The notes under the pieces were generated by a model. The model saw nothing but the letters and a program-made list of their open reading frames with translations. It searched no databases and was not told the DNA's origin. The translations under genes and the position numbers were made by a program. This document shows, one piece after another, positions 51,749 to 64,000 of a stretch of 64,000 bases of DNA. Position 1 is the stretch's first letter. Each line of letters begins with the position of its first letter. The stretch comes from Eledone cirrhosa (lineage: Eukaryota): assembly GCA_964016885.1 (NCBI GenBank), contig OZ024740.1, positions 155,558,001 to 155,622,000 of the forward strand, read 5' to 3'.

Positions 51749-54700
51749 TTATTTTACTGTTTAGTTAGGGAGGGAAAGGATATACTCATGACTTGTGGGA
51801 AAGAGAGAGAAAGATATTTTCAAACTGGAGACCTAGCCCGAATTCTAAGACTTTGCCAAAGGCACCCAAAGACTAGGTGGTGGTTTTAAACTAAGCAACT
51901 GATTAAGTCTACCACCAAAGTAGGCTACTGCAGAATTTATGGAGCTGGAAAAAATGTTAAAAGACATCATTTGACACTATAGCAATTCTGTCAATCCACT
52001 GTTCTGGACAGGCAGCTGATTTTATTGGCCCTTAAAGAACACAAAGTAAACTTTATATTGGTGGGATTTGAACTCGGAACACAGAACTGTAACAAATGCC
52101 ACAGAACATTTTGTCCTACACTTTAATAACTCTACCAGTTTGTCGTCACCTATGTTAATAACACTATTTAGTTTTCTACACAGGCAGAGTTCAAATCCTG
52201 CTAATATTGACTTTGTTTTATTTTGTCATTTCTCTGGCGTCTATTATAAAATAAACTGCAATACTGGGATTCTACTCAAGTACCATTAATTTCTTTTCAA
52301 ATGCTCTCTTCCCCACATGCAAAATTTAATTACTATCATAGAGAAAAGCTAGCTCTCAAAGGATTATTTGTAAAGTATGTAGCATTACAGTGGTGTTGCT
52401 ATTCTATCTAGTGAACATAGAGCTGAAAGTAAGATATCTGTAAATTTGATGCTGCAGTTTTGTATTAACTTTTTGATACAAATCTACCTAAAGTTAACTT
52501 TTGTGATATAAAGCCTCTGAGTTTGGATTGTTTGCTTTTGAGGCAGTATTCTATAACTGGATGCTCTTTTTGATGCCAACAGACATTATAATTTATAAGT
52601 ATGGTATTTATTCCACCGACCTTTGCCATACTGGTTATCTACAACACAAACAAATTGCAATGCTTGTTTAACCCCCTTGATACCAACTTAGACCACCTCT
52701 AATTCTGATACAAAAATGTTTAAATTAAAACCTATCATAATTTTATGCAAACACTTTTATGTTTGAAACACCAGCTTAATCACGACAAAGCTAGTTATTA
52801 TACTAAACACTTAGAAAATTTTGATTATTTTCAAGATTAAGTAAAACACAGGCAATTCATTTCTTTAGAAATAGTGTCATAAAATTGTTAAATAGTGTAA
52901 TGAATACATACACACACATGCATGACAGATTTCTATGCAGTTTCTGTTTATCAAATTCACTCACAAAGCATTGGTCAGTTAGAAGCTATATTGGAAGACA
53001 CTTGTCCATAAATTTATGTATGTTAAAACCTTTTAAGATATGATCTAACTATTAACTTAACCCTTTCGTTATATTTCTAATGGAAGACACTGACAATGGT
53101 TTTCATATCATCTTGAAAATAATCTACTTTCTCATTAATTTGGTGTTTAGAATATAGCTTAACAAAACTTCTTACATGAAATTACCATGAAAAGTAATTA
53201 CCATGTTCAGTGATGTTGCTGTTTCTTCATGATAGTAAAACATACCTTCCAAATGGTAACTACCTATTTACTGCTTAATGTAATTGACTATTTTAGATCT
53301 TAGTATCTAGGTCTTGGATGATACAAGCTGTCTCAAAGATACAAAATAGGCTACAGGGGATAAGATTTGTTTTTGTTTCTTTTTATTTATGTATAATCTG
53401 AAGTTGAGAATTTTTGAAATAGGCCTATGCTATTTAAATACCAATTTGTTTTTCTACTGTGTTTTTTACTTCATAATTACCATGTTGCTAATGTTGTAGT
53501 CTAATTCAGAGGAAAATAACTATGCCGAGGAATGAATAACACATTAGAGAGTCCTAATACCAGTTCATCATTAGTTAAGAAAATGAAATAATGTTGTTTT
53601 GTGCTATTATTATTTGAGTTAAGGCATATGACCTACTGGTTAGGCTGTTGGATTGAGTGGAGCATTTCATTCTTGAGCAAGGTGCTTCTTCATTTCACAT
53701 TGCTTTTCATGACATGACGGGCACCTCTCATTAAAACATCTGAGAAATCTCCTATCTGATGCAACCTCATAAAAAGCCAGTTAAATCTGCATGGGTGTAA
53801 GCTGTAAATTTAATTTTTTAATTTTCACTATTGTTATTTGAATCTAGAATAATGTTAAAAACATTACTGTAAACTTTCCCTTGGTTGCTGTATTATTGTA
53901 GAGATGTAAACTCAAATTACTGAATAAAACAGGTTGAGAAGAAATTTACTTTCGAAAAGTTGTCTAGGTGGTAAACAGATAAAAAAAGGTTTGGCAGCTT
54001 GGGCTACACTGGCAACTGTATCAATGTATGTGTTACATGGTTCTGCAAAGTCACCTGAATTAATTTTTTAAAGTGAATGTGTAAGATGAGATTTGTTTAT
54101 CCTTTTTTTACATAGAACACTTAACCCATTAGTACTTACATTACTATATATATGCTATTGTATTATCTCACATAATATCGAATCTGAGATTTTGGTATTA
54201 TTTTGAGAACAATACCTTAGCAACATGGTAATTATGAAGTAAAAAACAGCCGTTTTAAATGCTAAAGGATTAACTCTTTTCATATGCCCCCCCCACGGTT
54301 TTATACGAAACTTTATTCTTATATTGAAATGCTTCATCATAATTTTATGTAAGAAGAACCTTTTGGTAAGTAATGCTCCAAACGTTAGCTTAATATTAAT
54401 TTACTAAATTTCTCCAAACTCTTATTTTCAAAATTAATTGAAACATTGGCAGTATCTTTCTTTAGGCATATGATAATGAAAGGGTTAATATTTTAAGTTT
54501 CTTACTTAGGAGATAATTGGTCATGTATCGTACTGTGTTTGGGTAGCATTTTGAACTGATGCATTTTAATTTTTTTTTTTTTATTCTTATTTCATTTAAA
54601 TAATTGAAACAGTTTTTAACAATTACACTAATTTAGTTTTATGTGAACATGGCCAATCATGTGATTCTTGATTCAATCTCCTACAACACACCACTTTGGG

Positions 54701-54963
54701 CAAGTGTCTTTTACTATAGCCTTGGGCTAAACCATGTATGGAATCCTGTCTGGTGGTAGGCTTAAACTATTGCCTGGTTCTTGACTGCTTTCTAAGTAGA
54801 CTTCACCTTGTTTCAAGCTTTCAGACAAGGTCTCTGATTTCTTCTTCCTTATTTATGACTAACCCTTTTGTTACTGTGTTTCTAATGAAATACACTGCTT
54901 ATGTATTTTAATTAATTTTTTCATTTTAAGCTGATTTTTGAAACACTACTTAACAAAAATGTC

Positions 54964-55171
54964 TTAACCCTTTAAACTGGCTGTATCCGGCCAGAATTCT
55001 CTCTCCTCTTTCTGTTCAATCTGGCAATAACCAGTTGCTCATACTTATATTAAGGTACTTTTCTCAAAAAAAATGATATCAAAATCGTGTAGATTCGATA
55101 TTATGTGGGATAAAGCGTTTACTGCGAAAATACAATAGTAAATATAGAGTAATATAAATGCTAAAGAGTTA
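54964..55171. mobile_element. piggyBac-like MITE
   Basis: TTAAccctttaaa...taaatgctaaagagtta. Same family as 9246. Other copies at ~28806-29011 and 54121-54273. Confidence 0.7.
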
Positions 55172-55919
55172 TGCAAAGTTTTAAAATGAGCAGTTTTGTA
55201 TCAGACTGCCTGGGCAGTTTAACTCGGGCTGGTATCAAGAGTTAAACAGGATACTGAGAGGTTTGGGACAAAACTTGTATTGAAAAGGAAAATTATGTAG
55301 GATGTGAAAAAAAGCAAAAACAGAAGAAAAACAAGCAATGTTTGCTCTTTTAAAGGAAATAAGAAAGCTATTTATTTTTTATTCAGTAAGCAAATCAGAA
55401 TTCTCTTGCTTGACTGGATTTCTATACATTTGTCTGGCTTTAAATATTAACAAGTGGATTGGCAGAATTGTTAGAGCATTGGATGTTTGTATCTTGGATA
55501 TTTGTTCTGGTTATTTGTTTGGGGTTCAAATCCTTTTGAAGTCAACTTTGCCTTTCATCCTGCCAATAGTACCAATCAAGTACTGAAGTTGCTATAATCA
55601 ATTGTTTCTGACATTTTGCCAGCTTCGTCCCTTTTCGTTCTGAGTTCAAATCCTGCCAAAGCTAGCCTTGCCTTTCATCCTTACGGGGGTCAATAGAATA
55701 GAGTACCTGTAACACACTGGCCGATTTCCCCCTCCCCAAATTGTTGGCATTGTGCCTAAATCAGAAAACATTATTATGAACAAAATCAGTAACTTCAAAT
55801 TCAGTGCCTCCCTACCCACATTCATTTTTTTCTCCCTCAAAATTATAAACAAGGAATAAGCATATGACTTTGTGTTTCTGAGAACTATAGTGTGTACTCT
55901 GTATTATCTACAATGCTAA

Positions 55920-56105
55920 GGTAAAGGGATTGGTAGTATCAGTAGTGGGTCGGACGCCATGTTTTAAAGCATAGTTATGCCCCTTTACAATCTGAGTTCA
56001 AATCCCGCCGAGGTTTACTTTGCTTTTCATTCTTACAGGTTCGATAAAATAAAGTACCAGTATTACACTGAGGTAATTGCTGGCCTTGTGCCAAAAGATG
56101 AAATA
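55920..56105 (+). mobile_element. SINE family 1 with TSD
   Basis: Direct repeat attatctacaat(g/a)ctaa at 55903-55919 and 56106-56122. Confidence 0.85.
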
Positions 56106-57144
56106 ATTATCTACAATACTAACATATACAGTAGTTTCTGCTGGACAATATGTATGCAATGTCTACATATACATTTCTATGACCTCATGAGTGGCCATAA
56201 AATTATCCTCTTTCATGTATTAGAAGGAAACCAATGAATAAATAGATCAAATTAGTATTGCATAATTTATTTTATTTTTATTCATTTTTACAAGTGGGAT
56301 TGTCAGTAAAATAGCAAAAATGGTAATATGCTGAATAGAATAAATGGTTTTCATTATTTAGTTGGCTCTCTCTCTCCTAAACTGCACCATCCCCCTCTTT
56401 TTTAAATCCCATTTTTATTCCTCTGGGATAAAGAAAATAAATACCAACTATATTCTGGGATTGATTCAATCAACTAGATTGCTCCCCTCTACAAACTGTG
56501 GCCTTATGCAAATTATAAAATCTTATATTATTATTATTCATGCAGGAGCAGTAAAATGATAGAATCATTAGAGCATTGGACAAAATGCTGTGTGGTATTT
56601 ATTCCAGCCCTTTACATTCTAAGTTAAAATCCTACCACGGTCATCTTTGCCTTGCATCCTCCTGTAGTCGATAAAATAAATGTCTATTGAGTACTGAGAT
56701 TGATGTAATCGACTTTTTTTTTCTCCATACAATGCTGGCCGTAAGCTTCATTTTTTTTTTGTAGGGTGTGGGAGGCTTGGTTAACGGTTTTTATAATATA
56801 TATATTGAAATATATCCTTTCAGTTCTCAATTGCCAAGTACAGAAAAAAATTTTGGATCTGAATTGATAATTACAATATTAAGCTTGTTTATCTGTTATT
56901 TCATCATAATTTAGTGTGAGAAATGCTACTGTGTGAGGGGCAAAGAAATTATTTTTCTAAGTTTTTAGTAAAATTGCCAAAATTATGATATCACTTTTTA
57001 AGAAAGGAGGAGGGGTATAAAAAGAATATGGACTCTCAGTTTTCATTATACACATGCACAGAAGAAAGAGGTTTTAAAGGGTTATATCATATTTAGACAA
57101 ATAGCTGTTTTTATATTAAAAAAGTGTGCGTATTTGTTATATAT

Positions 57145-57461
57145 ATATAAGTATGTATGTATACGTACATACATATATGTATACAGTAGTATGTATATAT
57201 ATATATATGCACGTATCGGTTTACCGAACATTTATTATAATGCTCGGTTTGTTTGTTTGTAAACAAACACACACCCCGAATTACGCCGTAAAAAAGAAAA
57301 AAAAAAAAAAAGGTGACGTGGTTGTCTAAACACTGTACGGCGTAATTCGGGCTGTTTGTTTGTTTACAAACAAACAAACCGAGCATTATAATAAATGTTC
57401 GGTAAACCGATACGTGCATATATATGTGTGCATGTATGTACGTATACATACATACTTATAT
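57145..57461. repeat. Fold-back element with near-identical arms and an A-rich spacer
   Basis: tgcacgtatcggtttaccgaacatttattataatgctcggtttgtttgtttgtaaacaaaca...cccgaattacgccgta mirrored at 57337-57425. Confidence 0.9.
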
Positions 57462-57515
57462 TTAAGTAAGTGCCGTACTAAGAGTGAGAAATGAAATTTC
57501 GTTTCATTCTATTCC

Positions 57516-57553
<38 letters not shown>

Positions 57554-57560
<7 letters not shown>

Positions 57561-57870
57561 CAAATGGAAACTATATTTATAAAACCATATTTATTTCATT
57601 ATACATATTTCAAGGACACCAAGTTAAATTATGGTGTGCTTTCATTAGATAAAATATAATATAGAGCAGTTTTATAAATAAATATTGACATACCCTTAAA
57701 GAATGTAACCATTACTGTTGGAAGCTCCCGGATAGTCAATATTTATTTATAAAACTGCTCTATATTATATTTTATCTGATGAAAGCACACCGTAATTTAA
57801 CTTGGTGTCCTTGAAATATGTATAATGAAATAAATATGGTTTTATAAATATAGTTTCCATTTGTTAATAT
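57554..57870. repeat. Fold-back element, 136-bp arms with 2 mismatches, between (TA)n tracts (Penelope pseudo-LTR-like)
   Basis: 57554-57689 versus 57735-57870, 45-bp spacer. A partial third copy lies at ~39300-39345. Confidence 0.92.
57768..57832 (+). ncRNA. Minimal type I hammerhead ribozyme motif
   Basis: Stem I tattttat/atgaaata; CTGATGA 57776-82; stem II aag.acacc/ggtgt.ctt; GAAA 57813-16; self-complementary stem III atatgtat; predicted cleavage after AUA at 57824. Confidence 0.75.
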
Positions 57871-57963
57871 CGTATTTTTACTCCAATTATTTTGTTGAGT
57901 GCTTTATATCAGTTATAAAAATATTTGCTTGTTGCATCCCAACAATTTAAATATAACTTTTAC

Positions 57964-58041
<78 letters not shown>

Positions 58042-58212
58042 CTAGTAGTCATGCTGAGACACTGTATTTGTTTAGTACCTATCTTATCTGCTTCTGAAGA
58101 ATGAAAGGTGAAGCCGGGTAGAATTTTAACTTTCGATGTAATAAAATACCACAAGGTATTTTGTCTCACATTTAAGTGACCTTTGACACTCACTGCTAAT
58201 GTATGTGTGTGT

Positions 58213-58346
58213 GTGGTTGCTGTTAGGAAGGGCATCCGGTTGTAAAATTCCCGGCCAAATTTACCGTCATCGCCGGAGCAAGGTGTGACATAGACAGACT
58301 TGCCTCCCGTCTAACCCATGGAAAAATGGACGCTAAACGGTGATGA
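58213..58346 (+). mobile_element. RTE LINE 3'-terminal fragment
   Basis: ggttgctgttaggaagggcatccgg...cgtctaacccatggaaaaatggacgctaaacggtgatgat. Confidence 0.8.
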
Positions 58347-58999
58347 TATATGTACATATATAAACAAAGTTTACCAGAGCTTCGGGAGTGTTTGAAATTT
58401 GGAAAGGTGTAAAAATAAGTCAAATCTATAGATAAAAAACCCTGGAATTTTTCTCAAATATTACCTAGTTAATTTTAAATTAAAATCTCCCATAATTTGA
58501 TATTAGAGCTATATGTTAAGTTACTTGTAATGAGATAATTTTTGTAAGTCACTGAAAATCAATTAATAACTGATAGAATTAATGTATTTCATTAGAAATA
58601 CAGCCACGAACGGGTTAACACCAGTAAAGTACATTGGAAGTGAGAGCCTACCAGGTAATGCTTCACTTTAGCTAAGCCTAGCATGTGTGTAGGGAGCGTG
58701 GAAAACAATCTTTTTTCCTTATTAACAATACGAAAGCTACAAATTTTCTAGGGCGTAGGAAGGTGAATAAAAAACAAATTACACACTACTTGAAAAACTG
58801 AGAAATCTTTTTTGGAAGTTATTTGGTCGATATTACATTATGAGATTACAACTGAATAATACATCTTTTGTGAGTGTGAATAAACCAACAATATTAGGAG
58901 ATATATTCATCTGTGAATAGATACATACTCACTTTTATTAAATAAATGTATGTTTGTTGATGTGTATGTGTATATATATATATATCTATCTATCTATAC

Positions 59000-59044
<45 letters not shown>

Positions 59045-59140
59045 CATACATTTTATATTAAAATCAAACTGCTAAATTGAAAAAGCTTATATTTCCACCA
59101 CCCCCTTAAGTAATAACTGACAGAAAGGAAGCTTTTAAAA

Positions 59141-59323
59141 TAATTGTTTCTACTTTAGGCACAAGGCCAGCAAATAGCCAGTGCATTACTGGTACTTTAT
59201 TTTATCGACCCCGTAAGGATGAAAGGCAAAGTCAACCTCGGTGGGATTTGAACTCAGATCGTAAAGGGACGTAACTATGCTGGAAAGCATGCCGTCCGAC
59301 CCTCTACCGATACTGCCAATCCA
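59141..59323 (-). mobile_element. Young SINE family 1
   Basis: Near-identical to 2541-2724. Confidence 0.85.
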
Positions 59324-62304
59324 TAATGATTGGAGAGACAACTGTTAGAAATAAATAGAAGTTAAATAGCCTGTTATAAATGATAGATTTTTTTTTCTTC
59401 CAAAAGATCAGTTAAATAGCAGCAGCACGAAAGAAAAAGTAGAACATGTATTATATTAAAGTTGTAATTTTATGTAAAACGTCACTGAGGGTGTTGATGG
59501 CAGGGGCAACGCGAAGATAATTCTTTTTACACCCCCACCCCCCCCCCCCATATATATATATATATATATATAAGAAAATATGGTAAGAAACCAGGTGGCC
59601 CATAACGCACCAGAGCACTCGGTACTTAGGGTAGTTGAGTGGGTAATAGGAAAAGAGTCAGGACCCAGACGGCCTGAGCTCAGCCGTCTGGGTCTATATA
59701 TATATATCATGTAATTGGCTGTGGCACTATGACTTAATGGGGGTGTATAAGAAAATATAAACATACTATAGATTTATATACAATAAACATATGAGTATCC
59801 TGGCATTTAGAGAAAAAAAAATATTTTTCTCTATTTTCCTTTGTGAATATATTAGTTAGTAACGGTCGAAAATGTCAGTGTTGTTTCAAAATTGTTAATC
59901 TTTCATCAATAACACTAAACTGGTGATGCTTATTTGCATATACTGCGTTTAAATATATGGGTAGCCTCACTATTGATCTGTAATATACATGGGATATTTC
60001 TCATTAAACTGAAATTTCCGCGAGGTCAGCTAGTTTAGATGAAATTTCATTTACGTATCTATAACTTTAAGACGATCCAATAGATTTGGCGAATCATTAG
60101 AGCTTTGAGTAAAATACCTTGCAGTATTTGTTTTGGTTTTTCACATTTTCAATTCAAATCCCTTTGATGTCAACTTTACCATTTATCCTTTCGATGTGTG
60201 TTAATAAAAATAAAGGCCACTTTGTGATATCAACTTTTTCCCTACTCCTAAATTTCTAACCTTGTCTATTGTTCGAAATGGTTATTAGACCAAAGGTAGA
60301 AACAATTATTAGTTAGGTTAGTGCAGGGCCTATCTAAACTTTCAAAAACTACTTACAATTAAAATATATGTTTGACATTACAATAACAGCTATATTAAAG
60401 AATTTGAAATTTTGACATGCTTGACATTTGCCATTACTGGAAGATACACCAGCATGGCCAGAGCCCAATGGTCAACACCAATAAGTGCTTGGTATCGAAA
60501 GGGTCAATAATTTGCTTTGCAATCAGTAGGCCCACTACGTATCATCTTCGGCATGTTGACTCTGGTTTTGTCAATTAAAAATAGACCAATAAACAGCGGA
60601 ACAGTCTGCTCATGAAATTAATGTGAAAGTAGGTGAGTATTCCACATACGTGTGTAGCCATAACGTAGTTAGTTGCCAGTGACATTCGGCGGGACTGTGT
60701 CGGTCCTTTCAATTATGGATACAACTTTGCTGAGTGAACTGAAGCAACATGAAATAAAATGCCTAGATCAAGGACACAGCGCGCTACCGGGGAATCAAAC
60801 TTACGACCATACGATTGTGAGCCGAATACTCCTAACCAGTAAGCCACTCATCTTCACTACATACAGATAAATGAAATCAGTCAGTGTAGCGATTAGTTTA
60901 TGCACAAGAACTGCTGTGTGGACAGTCACACCACGTTACTATGTTAGCTCCATAATTATTACTGTTGTTATTAGTTGTTATCTAATGTTACTTTCATTTC
61001 CTTTTGTACTCGGTATAAACTCTCCATTTCCCGATGTTGCATTTCGTCCTTATACTGTATCAGAATTCGGTGCCCTTGTGGCCAATAAAAACGGTTTACT
61101 ATTAAGACAATAAAAAAAATTATTTTTGTTTCATCTTTGTTGATGTTTTTACTGTATATAACATATGTATATATATGTGTACATATATTTATATAGGGGT
61201 ACGTATATATCTTTTTCATAATTGGCAAGTATTTTGTTGAAATACACGCGTACACTTATTATATTCCTAATTAGAAATATTTTGTAATCTATTGCTAACT
61301 CTTGTTTTAAGTCCCTAATTAAATAGATTGTGTTCTATAAAAGAGTCAATTATGTACTCTGAGAATCAATGAAAAAGTATTAATTAATGCTTGTTAATAT
61401 TTACTAAGTATACAAACACCCTACTGTTATTTTTGATAAACATACCTTATTTATATATGGGGAGGGATGGGACGTATATGTATATACATAAGTGTGTGTG
61501 TATATATACATACGCATGTGTGTGTGTATATATATACATACGCATGTGTGTGTGTGATAGTAATAAGCTAAATATCCTTTCTTTTCTTTAGTTTTTTTAT
61601 TGTTTTGTTTGTTTTTTTATAATATTTGTTAGTCTGAGGATATAATGGATTGCATTGACCTTCAGAAATTTTCTGGTATTTCATTTTATGGATATTAGGA
61701 TAGTGATTGTCAAGGTCGAACTTGACAAGACTTGAACTCAGAACGTAAAGCGACACATTCCAAATAAATATCCCATGGTATTTTGTCTAACTCCCGATTC
61801 TGTCAATCCATTGCTGTCTGTACATATTTATTTTCTGCTAGAAATTATTTTCTACAGTCAATGCATATGTTTCCATATTTAATATTTCCGTGTTTAGTGT
61901 AATCAGCTTTTCATGCCTTAGGGCAACTAGAGAACTCAGTATTTCACCAACTTCATTATTTCATCTTTTTTTTCCCCTTCTTCTAATAAAGCATTAAGAA
62001 TTCAATTATTACAGTTATAAACTGTATATTTCAACATACATATATATATGTATATATTTAAAGAGATATGAAAATCAAATTTGGATTAATACAATGGAAA
62101 TAACAAATATGCATACATCTGTATATCATTAAGGATTCAATTATGTGTGTATTTGACCGCACACGCATGCATGCGTGTATGTGTATATAAATTGCATCTC
62201 TATTATGCATACATTTACCATATATTTTTTGTAGATTCAGTAGTTAAGCCGCGTTTACGTGGGGGGTGGGGGGGGGGGGGTGCGACCTTTAGATGAACAT
62301 GTCC

Positions 62305-62335
<31 letters not shown>

Positions 62336-63168
62336 TTATATATATACGTATATACTTTTATATCTTATATATATATACACAAACACATATACTTATATAT
62401 ATATATACACACACACATATACTTATATATATATACACACACATATGAAAGAGAGATTGATAGACATATTTTGTTGCTCAGTTACAGGTCAGCCCTGATT
62501 CACCAGCCATATGATCATATATATTTTAGCTATGACCATCCTAGCTTTCATTTTGACATATATTCATCATTACTTTGCCCAATACTATATTCCTCTGTGT
62601 ATACCGTGTGGTATACGCCATAAGTTATACATCAAAACTAGGCTTTTCCAGACATATTTCTGGTTTTAAAAGGGTGCGCATTATACACGAATCCCCCCGG
62701 GATACACGGAAGTATACCGTATGTCCTTCCACTTTTTAAATATGGTAGTGTGATTCGAGGGGAATTTGGCTGATATTTTTAGTAGGTATATAGTGGGTCT
62801 TTCGTTGCTTGATTTTAGAGCTAAAGTTGATCATTGTTAATTTTTAGAAAATTAAGACATTCCTGTCTGTGACTCAACTTTTTTTTAAATTTTGTTTCTA
62901 TTTTATTTAATTCATTCTTTATAAATAATTCAAACCTTAAGCTTGATTAGTTTCAGTAGCTAGGAGGTATAATGCGTGTACACACACAGAAGCACGCTCG
63001 AGATATATTATAAAATAATTATCGGGGTTTTGAATATTTACTTGCAATAATCTTTCAATGGGGATTTAAGACATCCATCCTTGTTTTGTATCTTTTCTCT
63101 CCAATATAATTCTTAAGTTTCCTCTATCCAGGTCTTCAACAACAAAGTCCTAAGACAGAAATACGTTA

Positions 63169-63327
63169 CAGGTAAAATTCCGTTATAACGAATTTTTCAG
63201 TATAACAATTTTTTTTTCAATCTCCAGCCACTCGTCAATGTGTTAGGTTGATCTCGTTATAAAGAATGTTTCGTTACAACGATTATTTTTAATTACCCGT
63301 GAATTTCGTAATAACGGAATTTTACTG
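63169..63327. mobile_element. pogo/Tigger-type MITE
   Basis: TIRs ca(g)gtaaaattccgttataacgaa / ttcgtaataacggaattttactg, TA on the left, internal repeats of cgttataa. Confidence 0.7.
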
Positions 63328-64000
63328 TGTCTACAAATGGACAATTTAATCTATATAAAATAATTGAAGTTAACAATTTCTTTTAGGAACCTTTTTTATT
63401 ACCGTATTACTAATGAAGGCACTGCGTCTGTTTGAATTAATTTTGAAAATAACTAAAAACGTGATGGAATTTAATAAAATAATTTTCATTAGTAAGCTGA
63501 TATTTAGAACATTACTTAACAAAAATGTATAAAATAAAATTACGATGGAAAATTTTAATATACGGACAACCATTTTAAAACGAACAGTTTTGTGTCCTAA
63601 TTCAGGGTGGTTTCAAGCTGCTTTGCTTAGTATAAAAAAAGGGTTAAAAGTCATGAAGACACTGCACTTGTTGTTTTACTGACTATTGCTACATACACAA
63701 GTGCATGTATGTGCAGCTGATTGACATAATCAATAGCTTTGTATTTTGCTTCTGAGTTTAGATCCGATCAGATTGACTTTGCCCTTCAAGTAAGAACTAG
63801 ATGTATAAACACTGGTTTAATGTAATCCACTAAACCCTTAGATTGTGAAAATCCGGTAAAAATATATATAGGAAGGGCATTCTGCTGTAGAAGCCGCATC
63901 AAAGACAATGTATGAAGGAGCAAGACAGTCCCTCAAACTGTCTAGTCTTAGACAGCACATATATATGTATGAATTGGTGAATATTTGTTTAGAAACGGGA

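Noticed and set aside
63132-63171. Candidate + strand exon (ccag|...acag|gtaaaa)
   Set aside because: The donor lies in a MITE terminal repeat, and the frame compatible with the phase-2 first exon contains TAA.

Overview
AT-rich, microsatellite-dense eukaryotic DNA. The repeat families suggest an octopus/cephalopod genome; this is inferred from repeat recognition, not a database search. Most of the window is intronic or intergenic and dominated by transposable elements: (GAT)n-tailed RTE-clade LINEs (one young copy nested antiparallel inside another at 13.7-18.9 kb, older decayed copies at 30-36 kb), an L1/Tx1-like LINE 3' fragment with an apparently perfect 170-bp fold-back duplication, a mariner relic, tRNA-derived SINEs, and piggyBac/hAT/Tc1-type MITEs. 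A CpG-rich, probably bidirectional promoter at ~37.9 kb precedes the first coding exon of an unidentified + strand gene, with a 5S rRNA pseudogene nearby. The most interesting signal is a set of short non-coding fold-back elements. Two of them carry Penelope-type minimal hammerhead ribozyme motifs, and at 57.55-57.87 kb an intact ribozyme arm is paired with an antisense arm carrying the classical inactivating G5A change. Most short ORFs in the supplied track are spurious.
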